In this document: positions 1 through 8,086 of the stretch, one piece after another
How the letters are laid out: each line of letters begins with the position of its first letter
How positions within the stretch are numbered: the first letter of the stretch is position 1
Assembly: GCA_033720695.1 (NCBI GenBank)
Contig: JAWWCA010000001.1
Coordinates: forward strand, 634-64,633
DNA length: 64,000 bases
Source of the DNA: Rubricoccaceae bacterium
GTDB taxonomy: Bacteria; Bacteroidota; Rhodothermia; Rhodothermales; Rubricoccaceae
Reading direction: 5' to 3'
Position numbers and translations under genes: made by a program
The notes under the pieces: generated by a model
Told to the model about the DNA's origin: nothing
The model's input: only the letters and a program-made list of their open reading frames with translations
Database searches by the model: none

Positions 1-362
1 CGCGCGAGCTGAACCACGAGCCGCTCCCGCGCCGCCGCCGCGCTCGTCTCCGATCGCTCATCGCTCCCCTCCTCCGGCTCGCGCCACCCCGCGCGGCACC
101 TCAGCCACAGCCGCAACGTCGGCTGGTACCGCGGGTCGTCCGCCGCCTGACGCGCGCACGCGAACGCCACCGCCTCGATCTCCCCCACCGCCCGACGACG
201 ACCCCGCGACAGCGCCGCCGACACCGACGGCGTGTCCTGCTTCCGCGCCGCAAACGTGTCCGCCGACACCCCCAGCTCGGCCGCGATCTGGTACTCCGAC
301 AGACCCCGCGCCGCCGCGGCCTCCACCGCCGACGCCTCAACCCTCTTCCGCGGACGTCCCAT
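1..362 (-). CDS. phage small-terminase-like HTH protein (C-terminus lies beyond the window edge)
   Basis: Own minus-strand translation from ATG (362-360): MGRPRKRVEASAVEAAAARGLSEYQIAAELGVSADTFAARKQDTPSVSAALSRGRRRAVGEIEAVAFACARQAADDPRYQPTLRLWLRCRAGWREPEEG... There is no in-frame stop before position 1, so it is missing from the ORF track. An HTH followed by an RGR...WL..R.GW segment matches my memory of phage small-terminase-type proteins. The family call is not verifiable here. Confidence 0.5.
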   Translation of the reverse strand, partial: MGRPRKRVEASAVEAAAARGLSEYQIAAELGVSADTFAARKQDTPSVSAALSRGRRRAVGEIEAVAFACARQAADDPRYQPTLRLWLRCRAGWREPEEGSDERSETSAAAARERLVVQLA

Positions 363-645
363 CCCCCCGCCGCCGCCACGCGGTGATGATGCTCTTCACA
401 CGGCTCAGGCTCAGGTAGTACGCCCGCCCGTCCGCGTCCAGCCACGGGCCCCGCAGCGCCGACACCGCCCGCGCGTGCGACACCCCCGCCGACCGAAGCC
501 GCGCGTACCCCCGGCCCACCCGCTCGTCACGCAGCGCCAGCTGCACCGCCGCCACCACACGCGCGTCCTCCAGCGCCTCCCGCACCTCCTCCGGCGTCAC
601 CGGCAGCGGGGACACCCCCTCGATCACCGTCTCATAACCGTCCAT
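337..645 (-). CDS. hypothetical protein (102 aa) immediately upstream of the terminase-like gene
   Basis: C-terminal part of track ORF 337..1305 from ATG at 645: MDGYETVIEGVSPLPVTPEEVREALEDARVVAAVQLALRDERVGRGYARLRSAGVSHARAVSALRGPWLDADGRAYYLSLSRVK... Composition is normal, unlike the Gly/Arg-rich upstream part of the ORF. It overlaps the next gene start by 26 nt. No family recognised. Confidence 0.4.
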   Translation of the reverse strand: MDGYETVIEGVSPLPVTPEEVREALEDARVVAAVQLALRDERVGRGYARLRSAGVSHARAVSALRGPWLDADGRAYYLSLSRVKSIITAWRRRGDGTSAEEG

Positions 646-695
646 GCTCGGAGTATACGTCGTATACGTATGTATGGGCAAGGCCCTCTCTCGCC

Positions 696-1409
696 CTACA
701 CCTCCACCACCACCGGCGCACGCACCACCCGGTACGCCACGTCCACCACCGCCGCGTTCACGGTCAGCCGCCCCCGCGCCCCCGCCGGGGGCCCCTGCAC
801 CCCGCCGCTCTCGTGGATGTCGCCGTGGACGTGCACCCGAGGCCCCGTGCTCGAGGCGTCCAGCGCCGCCAGACGCTCCGCCAGACGCTCGCACCCCACA
901 CGCCGACCGTCCTCCGTGCGGTCCAGCCGCCCGAACGACGGCGTGTGCGTGACCAGCACGTCGAGCCCCGGAGGCATCGCCCCCCACACCGACGCCAGCG
1001 CCGCCCCGCCCCGCGGCAGGTTGAACGCCCACCCGTTGAACGACGGGACCCAGGGCGAGCCCCACACCCGAAGCCCGGCCACCACCACCTCCGCGTCTTC
1101 CACGAGCACCGCACCGGCCGCGAGAACGCGCTCGCGGGCGGCCGCGACCGACGCCGGGCCGTACCGCGCCTGCACGCCCCACGCCGGCCGCGACGGCTGG
1201 ACGGGCCAGTCGTGGTTGCCCGCCACCACCACCTTGTGGGCGTGCGGCAGCAGCGCCAGCCACCCGCAGAACTGCGCCCACTCCTCGGCCGTCCCCCGCG
1301 TGCACGCGTCGCCCGCGAACACCAGCACGTCGCCGTCCGGGACGGCCAGCGGCCCACGGAGCGAGCCGTGACGCCCGTGCGTGTCAGCGAGGCAGACGAG
1401 GCGCGGCAT
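696..1409 (-). CDS. calcineurin-like metallophosphoesterase
   Basis: Track ORF 696..1424. ATG at 1409 gives MPRLVCLADTHGRH ... VLVFAGDAC ... VVAGNHDWP ... VLVTHTP ... HVHGDIH, the DxH / GD / GNHD / H / GH motif series of this family. Confidence 0.85.
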   Translation of the reverse strand: MPRLVCLADTHGRHGSLRGPLAVPDGDVLVFAGDACTRGTAEEWAQFCGWLALLPHAHKVVVAGNHDWPVQPSRPAWGVQARYGPASVAAARERVLAAGAVLVEDAEVVVAGLRVWGSPWVPSFNGWAFNLPRGGAALASVWGAMPPGLDVLVTHTPSFGRLDRTEDGRRVGCERLAERLAALDASSTGPRVHVHGDIHESGGVQGPPAGARGRLTVNAAVVDVAYRVVRAPVVVEV

Positions 1410-1503
1410 CCGATGAGGCGGCAATACGGCGCCAGTCTACCACCCCGCCGCCGACCCGGCCCGCCAACGTACCTTCCCCAGCAGCCAATCCGCCCGACCC
1501 GCC

Positions 1504-1956
1504 ATGACCGCCCTCGACGAACGCGACGCGTACCTCGAAGCCCTCCCGCCCGAGCGCCAGGACGCCGTCCGACGCCTCCTCGACACCCTCCGCCACCACC
1601 TCCCCGAGGGCTTCGAGGAAACCATGGCCTACGGCATGCCCGCCTTCGTCGTCCCCCACAGCCGATACCCCGACGGCTACCACTGCGACCCCGAACAGCC
1701 CCTCCCCTTCGTCAGCGTAGCCAACCAGAAGGGCCACGTCGGCCTCTACCACATGGGCATCTACGCCGACCCCGACCTCCTCGACTGGTTCCAGACCGAG
1801 TGGCCCAACCACGTCCCCACCAAGCTCGACATGGGCAAGGCCTGCATCCGCTTCAAGCGCATGGACCGCATCCCCTACGACCTCGTCGCCCAGCTCGCCG
1901 AGCGCGTCACCCCCGACGACTGGATCGAGCGCTACGAGGCCGCCGTCAAGCGCTGA
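1504..1956 (+). CDS. DUF1801 (YdhG-like) domain protein
   Basis: Track ORF, 150 aa. MAYGMPAFVV ... KGHVGLYHMG ... KACIRFKR layout is typical of YdhG/DUF1801 proteins. Confidence 0.8.
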   Translation: MTALDERDAYLEALPPERQDAVRRLLDTLRHHLPEGFEETMAYGMPAFVVPHSRYPDGYHCDPEQPLPFVSVANQKGHVGLYHMGIYADPDLLDWFQTEWPNHVPTKLDMGKACIRFKRMDRIPYDLVAQLAERVTPDDWIERYEAAVKR

Positions 1957-1970
1957 CCGCCATCCCCGCC

Positions 1971-2522
1971 ATGCGACCCCTCACGCTCGCCCTCGCCCTC
2001 CTCCTCGCCCCCGCGGCCCTCGCCCAGCCCGCCGTCCCCGAGCTCGAACGCCTCGCCTGGCTCGTCGGCACCTGGGTCGGCAGCGTCGACCTGGGCGAGG
2101 ACCGACAGGCCCACGACGTCAGCACCTTCTCCTGGGCCGTCGGCGGACACGCCCTCCGAAACGTCCACGCCGTCGGCGACGGCATCTACGGCGGCGAAAC
2201 CCTCATCTGGTACGACCGCGACGCCGACGCCTACCCCTTCGTCTACGTCACCACCGGCGGCTTCACCACGCAGGGCCTCCTCGAGATCGACGACGACGGA
2301 CGCCTCGTCGGCATCGAGCAGGTCGACGGCGACGAGGGCGGTATGGCCGATGGCATCGACGCCGTCCGCTCCTCCTCCGCCCTCGACGACGACGGCCACC
2401 TCGTCGTTAGCGTCGCCTACCAGCGCGACGGCCAGTGGGGACCCGAGGCCGCCCGCGTCTACGAACGGGATCCCGACGCCTCGCTCCCCTGCACCCTCGA
2501 CCCCGCCTGCCCCGACGAGTAA
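1971..2522 (+). CDS. secreted hypothetical protein (beta-rich, DUF1579/DUF6265-like feel)
   Basis: ATG 1971 inside artefactual track ORF 813..2522. MRPLTLALALLLAPAALAQ signal peptide, then LAWLVGTWVGSVDL... Starts 14 nt after the preceding stop. Confidence 0.6.
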   Translation: MRPLTLALALLLAPAALAQPAVPELERLAWLVGTWVGSVDLGEDRQAHDVSTFSWAVGGHALRNVHAVGDGIYGGETLIWYDRDADAYPFVYVTTGGFTTQGLLEIDDDGRLVGIEQVDGDEGGMADGIDAVRSSSALDDDGHLVVSVAYQRDGQWGPEAARVYERDPDASLPCTLDPACPDE

Positions 2523-2525
2523 CCC

Positions 2526-2903
2526 CTACCCCGAGGCGCCATCCCCCGGCTGGGAGTAGAACCGGGCGTGCACCACCTTCCCGCCCTCCCAGCGGTACCG
2601 CCCCACCTCCTCCATCAGCACCCGCTGGCCGTCCTGGAACGTGACGTCCATCCACGTCTCCACCAGCGACACGCCCGCCTCCTCGTCGGCCGCCACCGCA
2701 CGCACGCCGCTGCCGTGCGTCGCCTCGATCGAGCCCAGCCACCCGCGCATCCGCTCGATCTGCGTCTCGCGCCCCCGAAACGTCTCGCCTGTCGCCTCCA
2801 CGATCTCGACGTCCTCGGCGTAGTAGCGCTCGATCGCCGTGACCATCTGGCCCGTGTTCGCCAGCGTCACGAGGTCGTAGGTGTTCTCGAGGATCGGGGC
2901 CAT
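2526..2903 (-). CDS. SnoaL/NTF2-like protein
   Basis: ATG at 2903 within track ORF 2526..3182: MAPILENTYDLVTLANTGQMVTAIERYYAEDVEIVEATGETFRGRETQ... By eye about two-thirds identical to the next gene. Confidence 0.8.
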   Translation of the reverse strand: MAPILENTYDLVTLANTGQMVTAIERYYAEDVEIVEATGETFRGRETQIERMRGWLGSIEATHGSGVRAVAADEEAGVSLVETWMDVTFQDGQRVLMEEVGRYRWEGGKVVHARFYSQPGDGASG

Positions 2904-2962
2904 CGGCGTACCCACGAAGGGCCGGCACGCGCTCAGGGCCGCTCCAGTCTTGCGGACCCGCG

Positions 2963-3343
2963 CTAGCCCATGTCGCCGCCGCCCGGCATGTTGTAGTAGA
3001 ACCGCGCGTGCACCACCTTCCCGTCCTCCCAGCGGTACCGCTCCACCTCCTCCAGCAGCATCCGGTTGCCGTCCTGGAACGTGACGTCCGCCCACGACTC
3101 CACCAGCGACACGCCCGCGTCCTCGTCGGCCGCCACCGCGTGCACGCCGCCGTCGTGCATCTCCTCGATCGAGCCCATCCACCCTGTCATCCGCTCCACC
3201 TGGGTGTCGCGGCCCTGGAACGTCTCGCCCGTCGCCTCCACGATCTCGACGTCCTCGGCGTAGTACTTCTTGATCGCCTCGATCATCTGGCCGGTGCCGG
3301 ACATCTGGACGAGGTCCTGGGTCTTCTCAAGGATCGTGGACAT
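2963..3343 (-). CDS. SnoaL/NTF2-like protein (tandem paralogue)
   Basis: ATG at 3343 within track ORF 2963..3376: MSTILEKTQDLVQMSGTGQMIEAIKKYYAEDVEIVEATGETFQGRDTQ... DNA-level similarity to 2526..2903 is visible (for example 2561-2650 versus 3001-3090). Confidence 0.8.
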   Translation of the reverse strand: MSTILEKTQDLVQMSGTGQMIEAIKKYYAEDVEIVEATGETFQGRDTQVERMTGWMGSIEEMHDGGVHAVAADEDAGVSLVESWADVTFQDGNRMLLEEVERYRWEDGKVVHARFYYNMPGGGDMG

Positions 3344-3393
3344 GGCGACGAGAGAGCTGGTGGTACGCACCGCCAAGGTACACCGAAGCGCTT

Positions 3394-3410
3394 GAACGCC
3401 AAGGGCGTTC
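3394..3410 (-). terminator. short hairpin GAACGCC-AAG-GGCGTTC downstream of the 3430..3729 gene
   Basis: Perfect 7-bp stem with a 3-nt loop, 20 nt past the stop of the minus-strand gene. No clear U-tract follows. Confidence 0.3.
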
Positions 3411-3429
3411 CCCTGAGACCCCTAACCCC

Positions 3430-3729
3430 CTACTGCCGCGACCGGATCGCCGCCACCAGCTCGGCCTTCGTCATCGACGACCGGCCCCGGATGCCCAGCT
3501 CCTTCGCCCGGTTGTACACCTCGTCCTTCGTCCGCTCGTCCAGCGGCGTCCGGGGGTTCCCCGTCCCCTGCGTCGTCCGGTTCGGCGTCCGCCCCTCCTC
3601 CCGACGCGTCTTGTTCACCGTCCGGGCCGCGATCTCCTCGGCCTTCGACGCGTCCATCCCCTCCTCCAGGTACCCCTCCTTGATGTGGCGGTACTGCCGC
3701 TCGTCTTTGTCACTCCAGGCATCAGGCAT
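3430..3729 (-). CDS. Rho_N/SAP-like C-terminal domain protein (small basic protein)
   Basis: ATG at 3729 within track ORF 3430..3795: MPDAWSDKDERQYRHIKEGYLEEGMDASKAEEIAARTVNKTRREEG ... TKDEVYNRAKELGIRGRSSMTKAELVAAI. This matches a widespread small protein family ending in a Rho-termination-factor N-terminal-like motif. Confidence 0.7.
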   Translation of the reverse strand: MPDAWSDKDERQYRHIKEGYLEEGMDASKAEEIAARTVNKTRREEGRTPNRTTQGTGNPRTPLDERTKDEVYNRAKELGIRGRSSMTKAELVAAIRSRQ

Positions 3730-3796
3730 CGCAGGGGGGGTCGGGTGAAACTCCCGTCGAACGCCCCGGAGGCCCCGCCGGGTCCGGCCCCGCACC

Positions 3797-4732
3797 CTAC
3801 CGGCAGTACACCCCGGGGCGCCACCGCGCCCACCCCTCCGTCCCCGCCGCGTCCGTCAGACGACGGACCTCGCCCCCCTCCGACGGCATCAGGTACAGGT
3901 CGAACGTCCCCCGCCCATCGTGCTCCGTTCCCGCCGTGAACAGCAACCACGCACCGTCCGGGGAATACCGCGGCTCGTACTCGTCCACGAACGTGTCCGT
4001 CAGCGGACGCGCATCGCGCCCGTCCGCATCCATCCGCCACAGCTCCGACCCGCCCTCCGCCGTCCGGTGGAACACGACCGCGCCGCCGTCGCCGCGCACG
4101 TCCAGCCCGCCGCTGTACCCCCCGAGGTCCGTCAACACCGTCTCCTCTCCCGTCGCGAGGTCGAGCCGCACCACGTCCCCGCTCCCCGACGCGCCCTCCA
4201 CTCCGGGCGTGTACCGCGTGAACAACACACCCGACCCGTCCGGCAACCACGCCACGCCGGAGTCGTGACGCGCGTCGTGCGTCAGCCGCGTCACGACCCC
4301 CGTCGCCACCTCCAGCACGTAGATCTCCGGCTTCTCCGCGTCGCGCGTCGACGCGAACGCCACCCGGCGACCCGCCGGGCCGATCGCAGGACCGGTGTCG
4401 TCGGCGGGGTGCGGCGCCAGCGTCGAGTCCGTCCCCGCCGGCAGCGCCCGCCGCACCAGCGCCCGCCCCTCCGTCGTGTCGGTCACCGTCGTGTACACCA
4501 TCCACGTCCCGTCCGGCGACACCGACGCCTGGAACTGGTGCTCCGGCGCCACCACCAGCGCCGCCAGCTGGCTCCCGTCCGCGCACACCCGGTACAGGTC
4601 GTAGTCCGTCCGCTCCGCCGTGCTGTGCCCCGAAAACACCACCCCGTAGCGCGGAAGCTCCTGTCCGGACACCGGCGCGCCCGCCACCAGCAGACTCAAC
4701 ACGAACGGCAGGACGGGCAATCGGGCTCGCAT
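3797..4732 (-). CDS. secreted TolB-like PD40 beta-propeller repeat protein
   Basis: ATG at 4732 within track ORF 3797..5641. MRARLPVLPFVLSLLVAGAPVSGQ signal peptide, then repeated ...SPDG..v.f.s.r.g..ely.. units (SVSPDGTWMVY, AWLPDGSGVLF, RYSPDGAWLLF). Confidence 0.8.
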   Translation of the reverse strand: MRARLPVLPFVLSLLVAGAPVSGQELPRYGVVFSGHSTAERTDYDLYRVCADGSQLAALVVAPEHQFQASVSPDGTWMVYTTVTDTTEGRALVRRALPAGTDSTLAPHPADDTGPAIGPAGRRVAFASTRDAEKPEIYVLEVATGVVTRLTHDARHDSGVAWLPDGSGVLFTRYTPGVEGASGSGDVVRLDLATGEETVLTDLGGYSGGLDVRGDGGAVVFHRTAEGGSELWRMDADGRDARPLTDTFVDEYEPRYSPDGAWLLFTAGTEHDGRGTFDLYLMPSEGGEVRRLTDAAGTEGWARWRPGVYCR

Positions 4733-4828
4733 ACGGTCAGGCGCGGACGGGTCGCCCACGATACGGCTCCCCCGTCGATTCCTCCACCGCCCGGCACTAT
4801 AATCTCCCCTCTCCCTCCCGCCCACGCC

Positions 4829-5626
4829 ATGCGCATCGACCGCTACGCCGAAGGCCACTTCTGCTGGGCCGACCTCTCCTCCACCGACATCGAGGCCACC
4901 CTCCCCTTCTACCACGACGTCCTCGGGTGGGACGGCCAGCCCCGAGACATGGACGACGGCTTCGCCTACTACATGTTCTCGCGCGACGGGGACCTCGTCG
5001 CCGGCGGCGGGACCCTCACCGACGACGCCCGCGATGCCGGCGTCACCCCCGCGTGGACCCCCTACGCCAACGTCGCCGACCTCGACGGCGCCGTCCAACG
5101 CGCCGCCGACGCGGGCGCCGCCGTCATCGCTCCGCCCGCCGACGTCGGCGACCACGGCCGCATGGCCTACCTCGCCGACCCCGAAGGGGCCGTGTTCGGA
5201 CTCTGGCAACCCGGCGCCCACCGGGGGTTCGAACGCGTCAACGCCCCCGGCGCCTGCATCTGGAACGAGCTCAACACGCGCGATCCCGAGGCCGCCCAGC
5301 GCTTCTACGCCGCCCTCTTCGGATGGGCCTTCCGCCCCGCCACCAACGACGCCCCCTCCCCCTACTGGACCATCCACATCGACAAAGGCCACAACGAGGA
5401 CGGCTACAACGGAGGCATCCTCCAGATGACCGAGGAGTGGGGAGACATCCCCTCCCATTGGATGACCTACTTCGCCGTCGACGACGTCCACGACGCCGTC
5501 CAACGCGTCCGCGACGCCGACGGCGCCGTCCACCACGGGCCCTTCGACTCCCGCGTCGGACCCCTCGCCGTCGTCGCCGACCCCCAGGGCGCCGTCTTCA
5601 TGATGATGAACGCCCCGCGGCGCTGA
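4829..5626 (+). CDS. two-domain VOC (glyoxalase/bleomycin-resistance fold) protein
   Basis: ATG 4829 inside artefactual ORF 3920..5626: MRIDRYAEGHFCWADLSSTD...FYHDVLGW ... AYLADPEGAVFGLWQ ... CIWNELNTRDPEAAQRFYAALFGW ... AVVADPQGAVFMMM. Confidence 0.85.
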   Translation: MRIDRYAEGHFCWADLSSTDIEATLPFYHDVLGWDGQPRDMDDGFAYYMFSRDGDLVAGGGTLTDDARDAGVTPAWTPYANVADLDGAVQRAADAGAAVIAPPADVGDHGRMAYLADPEGAVFGLWQPGAHRGFERVNAPGACIWNELNTRDPEAAQRFYAALFGWAFRPATNDAPSPYWTIHIDKGHNEDGYNGGILQMTEEWGDIPSHWMTYFAVDDVHDAVQRVRDADGAVHHGPFDSRVGPLAVVADPQGAVFMMMNAPRR

Positions 5627-5639
5627 AGCCCCGCCGCCC

Positions 5640-6413
5640 ATGCAGATCGAGCGCTACGCCGAAGGACACTTCTGCTGGGCCGACCTCGCCACCCCCGACC
5701 CCGAGGCCGCACACGCCTTCTACGGCGACCTCTTCGGGTGGTCCACCCAGCCGCTCGACGACGACCACCCCCCTTACCTCGCCCTCGCCCTCGACGGCCG
5801 GCGCGTCGCCGGACTCCGGACCCGGCCACCCCACACCCCCGCCGCCTGGACCGCCTACGCCAACGTCCGGGACCTCGACCGGACCCTCGCCCGCGCCACC
5901 CGGCGCGGCGCCCACGTCCTCGACCCCCCCGCCACCATCGGGTCCGCCGCCCGACGCGCCATCCTCGCCGACCCCGAAGGTGCCGCCGTCGGCCTCTGGC
6001 AGGCCGACCGCCTCCCCGGCTTCGAGCACGTCAACGCCCCCGGCGCCTGCATCTGGAACGAGCTCAACGCCCGAGACCCCCTCGGCGCCCAGCGCTTCTA
6101 CGCCGCCCTCTTCGACTGGCGCTTCCACAAGGTCCCCGACAACCCCGCCGAGTACTGGGCCATCCGCATCCCCGACGGCTACAACGCCGACGGCTACAAC
6201 GGCGGCATCCTCCAGATGACCGACGAGTGGGGCGACATGCCCGCCCACTGGATCACCGCCTTCGCCGTCGACGACATCCTCGCCGCCGCACACCGCATCC
6301 GCCTCGCCGGCGGCGCCGTCCTCGCCGGACCCGCCAACGCCGCCGACGGACCCTTCGCGGTCGCCGCCGACCCCCACGGCGCCGTCTTCATGGTCATCCA
6401 GCCGCCCGCTTGA
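5640..6413 (+). CDS. two-domain VOC family protein (tandem paralogue)
   Basis: Track ORF, 257 aa. Same layout as 4829..5626 (MQIERYAEGHFCWADLATPD ... AILADPEGAAVGLWQ ... AVAADPHGAVFMVI). Starts 13 nt after the previous stop. Confidence 0.85.
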   Translation: MQIERYAEGHFCWADLATPDPEAAHAFYGDLFGWSTQPLDDDHPPYLALALDGRRVAGLRTRPPHTPAAWTAYANVRDLDRTLARATRRGAHVLDPPATIGSAARRAILADPEGAAVGLWQADRLPGFEHVNAPGACIWNELNARDPLGAQRFYAALFDWRFHKVPDNPAEYWAIRIPDGYNADGYNGGILQMTDEWGDMPAHWITAFAVDDILAAAHRIRLAGGAVLAGPANAADGPFAVAADPHGAVFMVIQPPA

Positions 6414-6458
6414 CGACGCGCAACCCTAGGTTTGCGACGCCTCACACCCCCCCGTCCG

Positions 6459-7394
6459 ATGCCCGACGTCTCGCCCGCCATCCAGACCGCCCTCACCAAC
6501 GCCGGCTTCACCCGCGATACCGGCAACGGCAACGGCCACCAAACCCCCTTCGTCCGGCAGCGCCGCCTCGACGACGCGCCCACGGCGCCCGTCCTCACCA
6601 CCTGCGTCTGGGCCGACCCCGACAGCTACACCGTCATCGCCTTCAACAGCGACCTCCCCACGCCCGACCAACCCGTCCACTACGGCAGCGTCACCCTCCT
6701 CCCCGCCGACGACCACGACCCCGCCGTCGTCGAGGTCGTCGCGCGCGACGTCGCCGTGCCCGCCGCCATCCTCGGCGCCGTCCGCCGCACCAAGATCGTC
6801 GCCGCCGCCCTCCTCCGCGGCGAGCTGCCCGAGCCCGTGGTCGTCCCCGACTCCGAGCGCGCCGCCCGCATGGAGGCCGTCGCCGACGCCATCGCCCAAC
6901 GCGTCGAGAACGGCGACGTCCAGATCGTCAACGTCATGGGATCCGCCGACGGCCTCCCGTCCCTGAACTACACCGTCGGCCTCCCGCTCCTCCACCACCA
7001 TCCCGAGATCGCCATCCTCTCCCTCCCCCACGCGGCCGCCAACACCGTCCTCCGCGCCGTCGTCCAGCGCATCGCCGACGGCCTCCAGCTCGACGACGGC
7101 CACCACCTCGACGACCTCGCCACCGCCCCCCTCCGCGTCGTCGCGCTCCCGACCGACGTCGCCAACGCCGTCCTCGCCGCCGCCGCGGCCTTCCTCGAGC
7201 AACGGGGCCTCGAGACCCGCGCCCTCCAGCTCGTCTGGCCCGACGACCAGGGACGCTTCCCCGACCAGCCCGGCTACGACGTCCCCCCGCACGCCCAGGA
7301 CCTCACCACCCACACCGACGCCCTCCCCCAACACACCCTCGACCCCACGACCCGCGACGCCTACCGCGCGCGCGTCCGGCCCCAGGACCCCTGA
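6459..7394 (+). CDS. DUF4262 domain protein with ~140-aa N-terminal extension
   Basis: Track ORF 6432..7394. ATG at 6459 (MPDVSPAIQTALTNAGF) aligns with the start of the paralogue at 36556..37458. The C-terminal half (VQIVNVMGSADGLPSLNYTVGLPLLHHHPEIAILSLP) has the DUF4262 pattern. Confidence 0.75.
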   Translation: MPDVSPAIQTALTNAGFTRDTGNGNGHQTPFVRQRRLDDAPTAPVLTTCVWADPDSYTVIAFNSDLPTPDQPVHYGSVTLLPADDHDPAVVEVVARDVAVPAAILGAVRRTKIVAAALLRGELPEPVVVPDSERAARMEAVADAIAQRVENGDVQIVNVMGSADGLPSLNYTVGLPLLHHHPEIAILSLPHAAANTVLRAVVQRIADGLQLDDGHHLDDLATAPLRVVALPTDVANAVLAAAAAFLEQRGLETRALQLVWPDDQGRFPDQPGYDVPPHAQDLTTHTDALPQHTLDPTTRDAYRARVRPQDP

Positions 7395-7410
7395 CCCCGC
7401 GCCGCAGCCC

Positions 7411-7689
7411 TCACCCCTCGGGCTCCGCCGCCCACTCCGGCGCACCGGCCGTGATCTCCGCCCACGTGTCGGCCTCGATCACCGCCTCCCGGTACGGCAG
7501 GAACGCCGCCTCCGCCTCCGCCCGCGTCCGCCACGTCGTCCCCGACGCGTCCGCGCCCGCCTCCTCCACCCACTGCCCGCCAGCCGTGTACCGGAGCACC
7601 GCGCCCGCATCCGACCGGTACGCGCGGACCACCCAGCGCCCAGACGCCAGGCGCTCCGTCGAGAAGCGCCAGTCATACCCGTCTCGCAT
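7411..7689 (-). CDS. hypothetical protein (92 aa)
   Basis: ATG at 7689 within track ORF 7411..8088: MRDGYDWRFSTERLASGRWVVRAYRSDAGAVLRYTAGGQWVEEAG... Composition is normal, whereas the upstream ORF part is Arg/Gly junk. No family recognised. Confidence 0.45.
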   Translation of the reverse strand: MRDGYDWRFSTERLASGRWVVRAYRSDAGAVLRYTAGGQWVEEAGADASGTTWRTRAEAEAAFLPYREAVIEADTWAEITAGAPEWAAEPEG

Positions 7690-7817
7690 CGTCGCTCCGG
7701 CGGACGCCCACGTGAATCCTGTACACCCGAAAGGTACCGCCGCGCCGCACGCACCCCCCCGCTTGCCCCAAGCCCCGCTCCGTGACCACCTTACCCCGTC
7801 CACCTGCTCCCCCGCCG

Positions 7818-8033
7818 ATGACCGACCCGCGCTCCGACTTCCTGGACTTCGGAAGCCCCATCTACCCCTGCCCCACCGAACGGAGGGGCGTCCACGTGCT
7901 CGTCCGCCTCCGGCCCGGGCACTACGCCTGCGAGTCCTGCGGTGAGGTCTTCTCCTGGAAAGAGGACAACGACGGGACCTACCGCCTCGTCCCCGTCGCC
8001 GACAACGGTCGCCCGCCACAGCCCTCCCCCTGA
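7818..8033 (+). CDS. small Cys-containing hypothetical protein
   Basis: Track ORF 7782..8033, with a second ATG at 7818: MTDPRSDFLDFGSPIYPCPTERRGVHVLVRLRPGHYACESCGEVFSWKEDNDGTYRLV. Zinc-ribbon-like C...C-x2-C. Start is uncertain. Confidence 0.4.
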   Translation: MTDPRSDFLDFGSPIYPCPTERRGVHVLVRLRPGHYACESCGEVFSWKEDNDGTYRLVPVADNGRPPQPSP

Positions 8034-8086
8034 AACCGACACGCGCCCCGCTCGTCCCCTCCCCCCTCCCCTCACCCCCTCCCCCC

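Noticed and set aside
813-2522. 569-aa track ORF, and many similar long ORFs. Examples are 232..1371, 5738..7945, 8072..10000, 13262..15835, 21002..23185, 27851..30667, 31385..33241, 31492..34047, 33001..36519, 39179..41941, 53891..55525 (N-terminal part) and 58241..60385.
   Set aside because: They have Arg/Pro/Gly/Ala-dominated, low-complexity translations. They are antisense to, or out of frame with, genes that have clear family motifs. Long open frames are expected by chance in DNA this GC-rich because stop codons are rare. Only the short terminal segments with normal composition were kept as genes.
3394-3410. GAACGCC-AAG-GGCGTTC considered as a GAAC...GTTC LexA-type box.
   Set aside because: The spacing (N9) does not fit the GAAC-N4-GTTC class. 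Its position directly after a stop codon fits a simple terminator hairpin better.
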